Assembly: GCA_041946805.1 (NCBI GenBank)
Contig: JBHGBC010000042.1
Span: 1-40,184 of the forward strand
DNA from: a bacterium
GTDB taxonomy: Bacteria; Hinthialibacterota; Hinthialibacteria; Hinthialibacterales; Hinthialibacteraceae
DNA: 40,184 nt
Direction of reading: 5' to 3'
This document shows positions 39,058 to 40,184 of the stretch, piece after piece. The position numbers and the translations under genes are program-made. The notes below the pieces were generated by a model. The model was not told where the DNA came from. It made no database searches and saw nothing but the letters and a program-made list of their open reading frames with translations. Position 1 is the stretch's first letter. The number at the start of each line of letters is the position of its first letter.

Positions 39058-39990
39058 TCAGTATACAAACCACTGACTGACGCCGTTTTTCGGGGAACTG
39101 GCGGTGGCGCGGAAACCATACAGGCCGGTACTGAATTCCGGACCACCGGGTGTGCGCTGCGCGCAGCGTACTTTCGATGCGGGATCGAGCCACGAACCTC
39201 CCCGCAATACTTTTACTATCGACTCTTTGGTATTGACGGGATTCTCTCGCGGGCTGCGGGCGTAATAGTCCGAATCATACCAATCCCCACACCACTCCGA
39301 GACATTGCCCAGCATATCGTGCAAGCCGAAATCGTTGGGAAGAAACAAACCGACCGGACACGACTCGCTGAAATAATCTTTACAATCGAAGGAAATCTCG
39401 AAAATATTCTCGTACGAACACGCCATCGTGCCTTCCTTGTCATCCCCCCAATACCGCCATCCGGCGGAACCGGCCCGGCACGCGTATTCCCATTCCGCTT
39501 CCGTCGGCAAACGGCAACCGCTGCCGGGGTATACTTCGTTGATCCATTGGCAAAAATCCCGGGCTCCATACCAGGTCACTTCCACGGCCGGATAGTTCTC
39601 GTATCCGCGATACGCTACCCATACGTTATTGACCAAATCAATTTGCCGGCTCAATCCTTTGGGATCCAGGTAAACCGATCCTTCGGCGCTGATATTGCCT
39701 TTCGCGTTGAGAAAAGACGCGAATTGCGCATTGGTGACTTCATATTTTCCAAAATAGAACGAGTTGCTGATGACGACCGTATGCTGGGGAAATTCTTCGT
39801 TCCCGGCGTTCGGATCCTCGGCGGTGGATCCCATGGCGAAACTGCCGGCATCGATCAAGACGAACTGCAGCGCGAAAGCGTCTTCCCGCATATTGGGCAG
39901 CGCCACCGTGACGGATTTCGGTTGGGCAGAAGCCGATAAGCAACAAAGTGAAAAGATTGCACAACCATAAAACAGTTTGAACAAGAACAT
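39058..39990 (-). CDS. Secreted FGE-sulfatase (SUMF1) domain protein, probably not a true FGE
   Basis: FAMGS, KYEVTNAQF, RLPTEAEWEYACR, PNDFGLHDMLGNVSEW, RGGSW, GFR; lacks the FGE CxxxxC after RGGS; signal peptide from ATG 39990. Confidence 0.88.
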   Translation of the reverse strand: MFLFKLFYGCAIFSLCCLSASAQPKSVTVALPNMREDAFALQFVLIDAGSFAMGSTAEDPNAGNEEFPQHTVVISNSFYFGKYEVTNAQFASFLNAKGNISAEGSVYLDPKGLSRQIDLVNNVWVAYRGYENYPAVEVTWYGARDFCQWINEVYPGSGCRLPTEAEWEYACRAGSAGWRYWGDDKEGTMACSYENIFEISFDCKDYFSESCPVGLFLPNDFGLHDMLGNVSEWCGDWYDSDYYARSPRENPVNTKESIVKVLRGGSWLDPASKVRCAQRTPGGPEFSTGLYGFRATASSPKNGVSQWFVY

Positions 39991-40125
39991 CTCTTTAATC
40001 TCCCTTGATTCTTGTATAGGATGCTCATAACCAGAATGCCGTGCTATTTGTAAGCGCCAACAGCGCGGCCCGAAAATAGCTGTAGGATGGATTAACGCCT
40101 GGCGCGAAATCCATCCAAATCCATC

Positions 40126-40155
40126 GTAACAGGTCACCCATCTGAAGTAAAACCG
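40126..40155 (+). mobile_element. Second IS66-like terminal repeat (element runs off the window)
   Basis: GTAACAGGTCACCCATCTGAAGT is an inverted near-copy of ACTTCAGAAGAGTGACCTGTTAC (38995-39017). Confidence 0.7.
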
Positions 40156-40184
40156 CTCCTCCACCTCACATCTTTTCCTCGAAA

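Overview
GC-rich chromosomal window from a diderm bacterium (lineage not determinable from sequence alone). Left part: DUF1080 protein, orphan membrane histidine kinase, FG-GAP/AUDH-like beta-propeller, then a beta-mannan utilisation locus (Na+/solute symporter, GH5 mannanase, cellobiose/mannobiose 2-epimerase, GH130 mannosyl-glucose phosphorylase, an unassigned GH-like protein, GH1). Middle: Tat-exported aldo/keto reductase, secreted hypotheticals, thioredoxin, an ABC-2-like permease, and a two-gene unit whose products both look catalytically dead (HtrA-like and GH172/DUF2961-like). These are followed by a KamA-family radical SAM gene, a PAS kinase / sigma54 activator / receiver trio, a Pal/OmpA protein and a GT-C-like/FG-GAP fusion. 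A ~970 bp gene-free gap holds what looks like a complete sigma54-dependent ~75-nt small RNA gene (-24/-12 promoter, IHF-like sites, CUCCCC motifs, intrinsic terminator). Right part: tRNA-Gln(CTG) followed by a decayed island with a DNA adenine MTase fragment, an internally deleted integron integrase co-oriented with two intact-looking cassettes (HhH-like ORF; DUF2281/PIN TA pair) and their attC sites, a collapsed IS66, and an FGE-sulfatase gene bracketed by inverted IS ends. Most long intergenic gaps are mosaics of several REP-like repeat families. No CRISPR array or rRNA was seen. All family assignments come from motif recognition by eye, not database searches.
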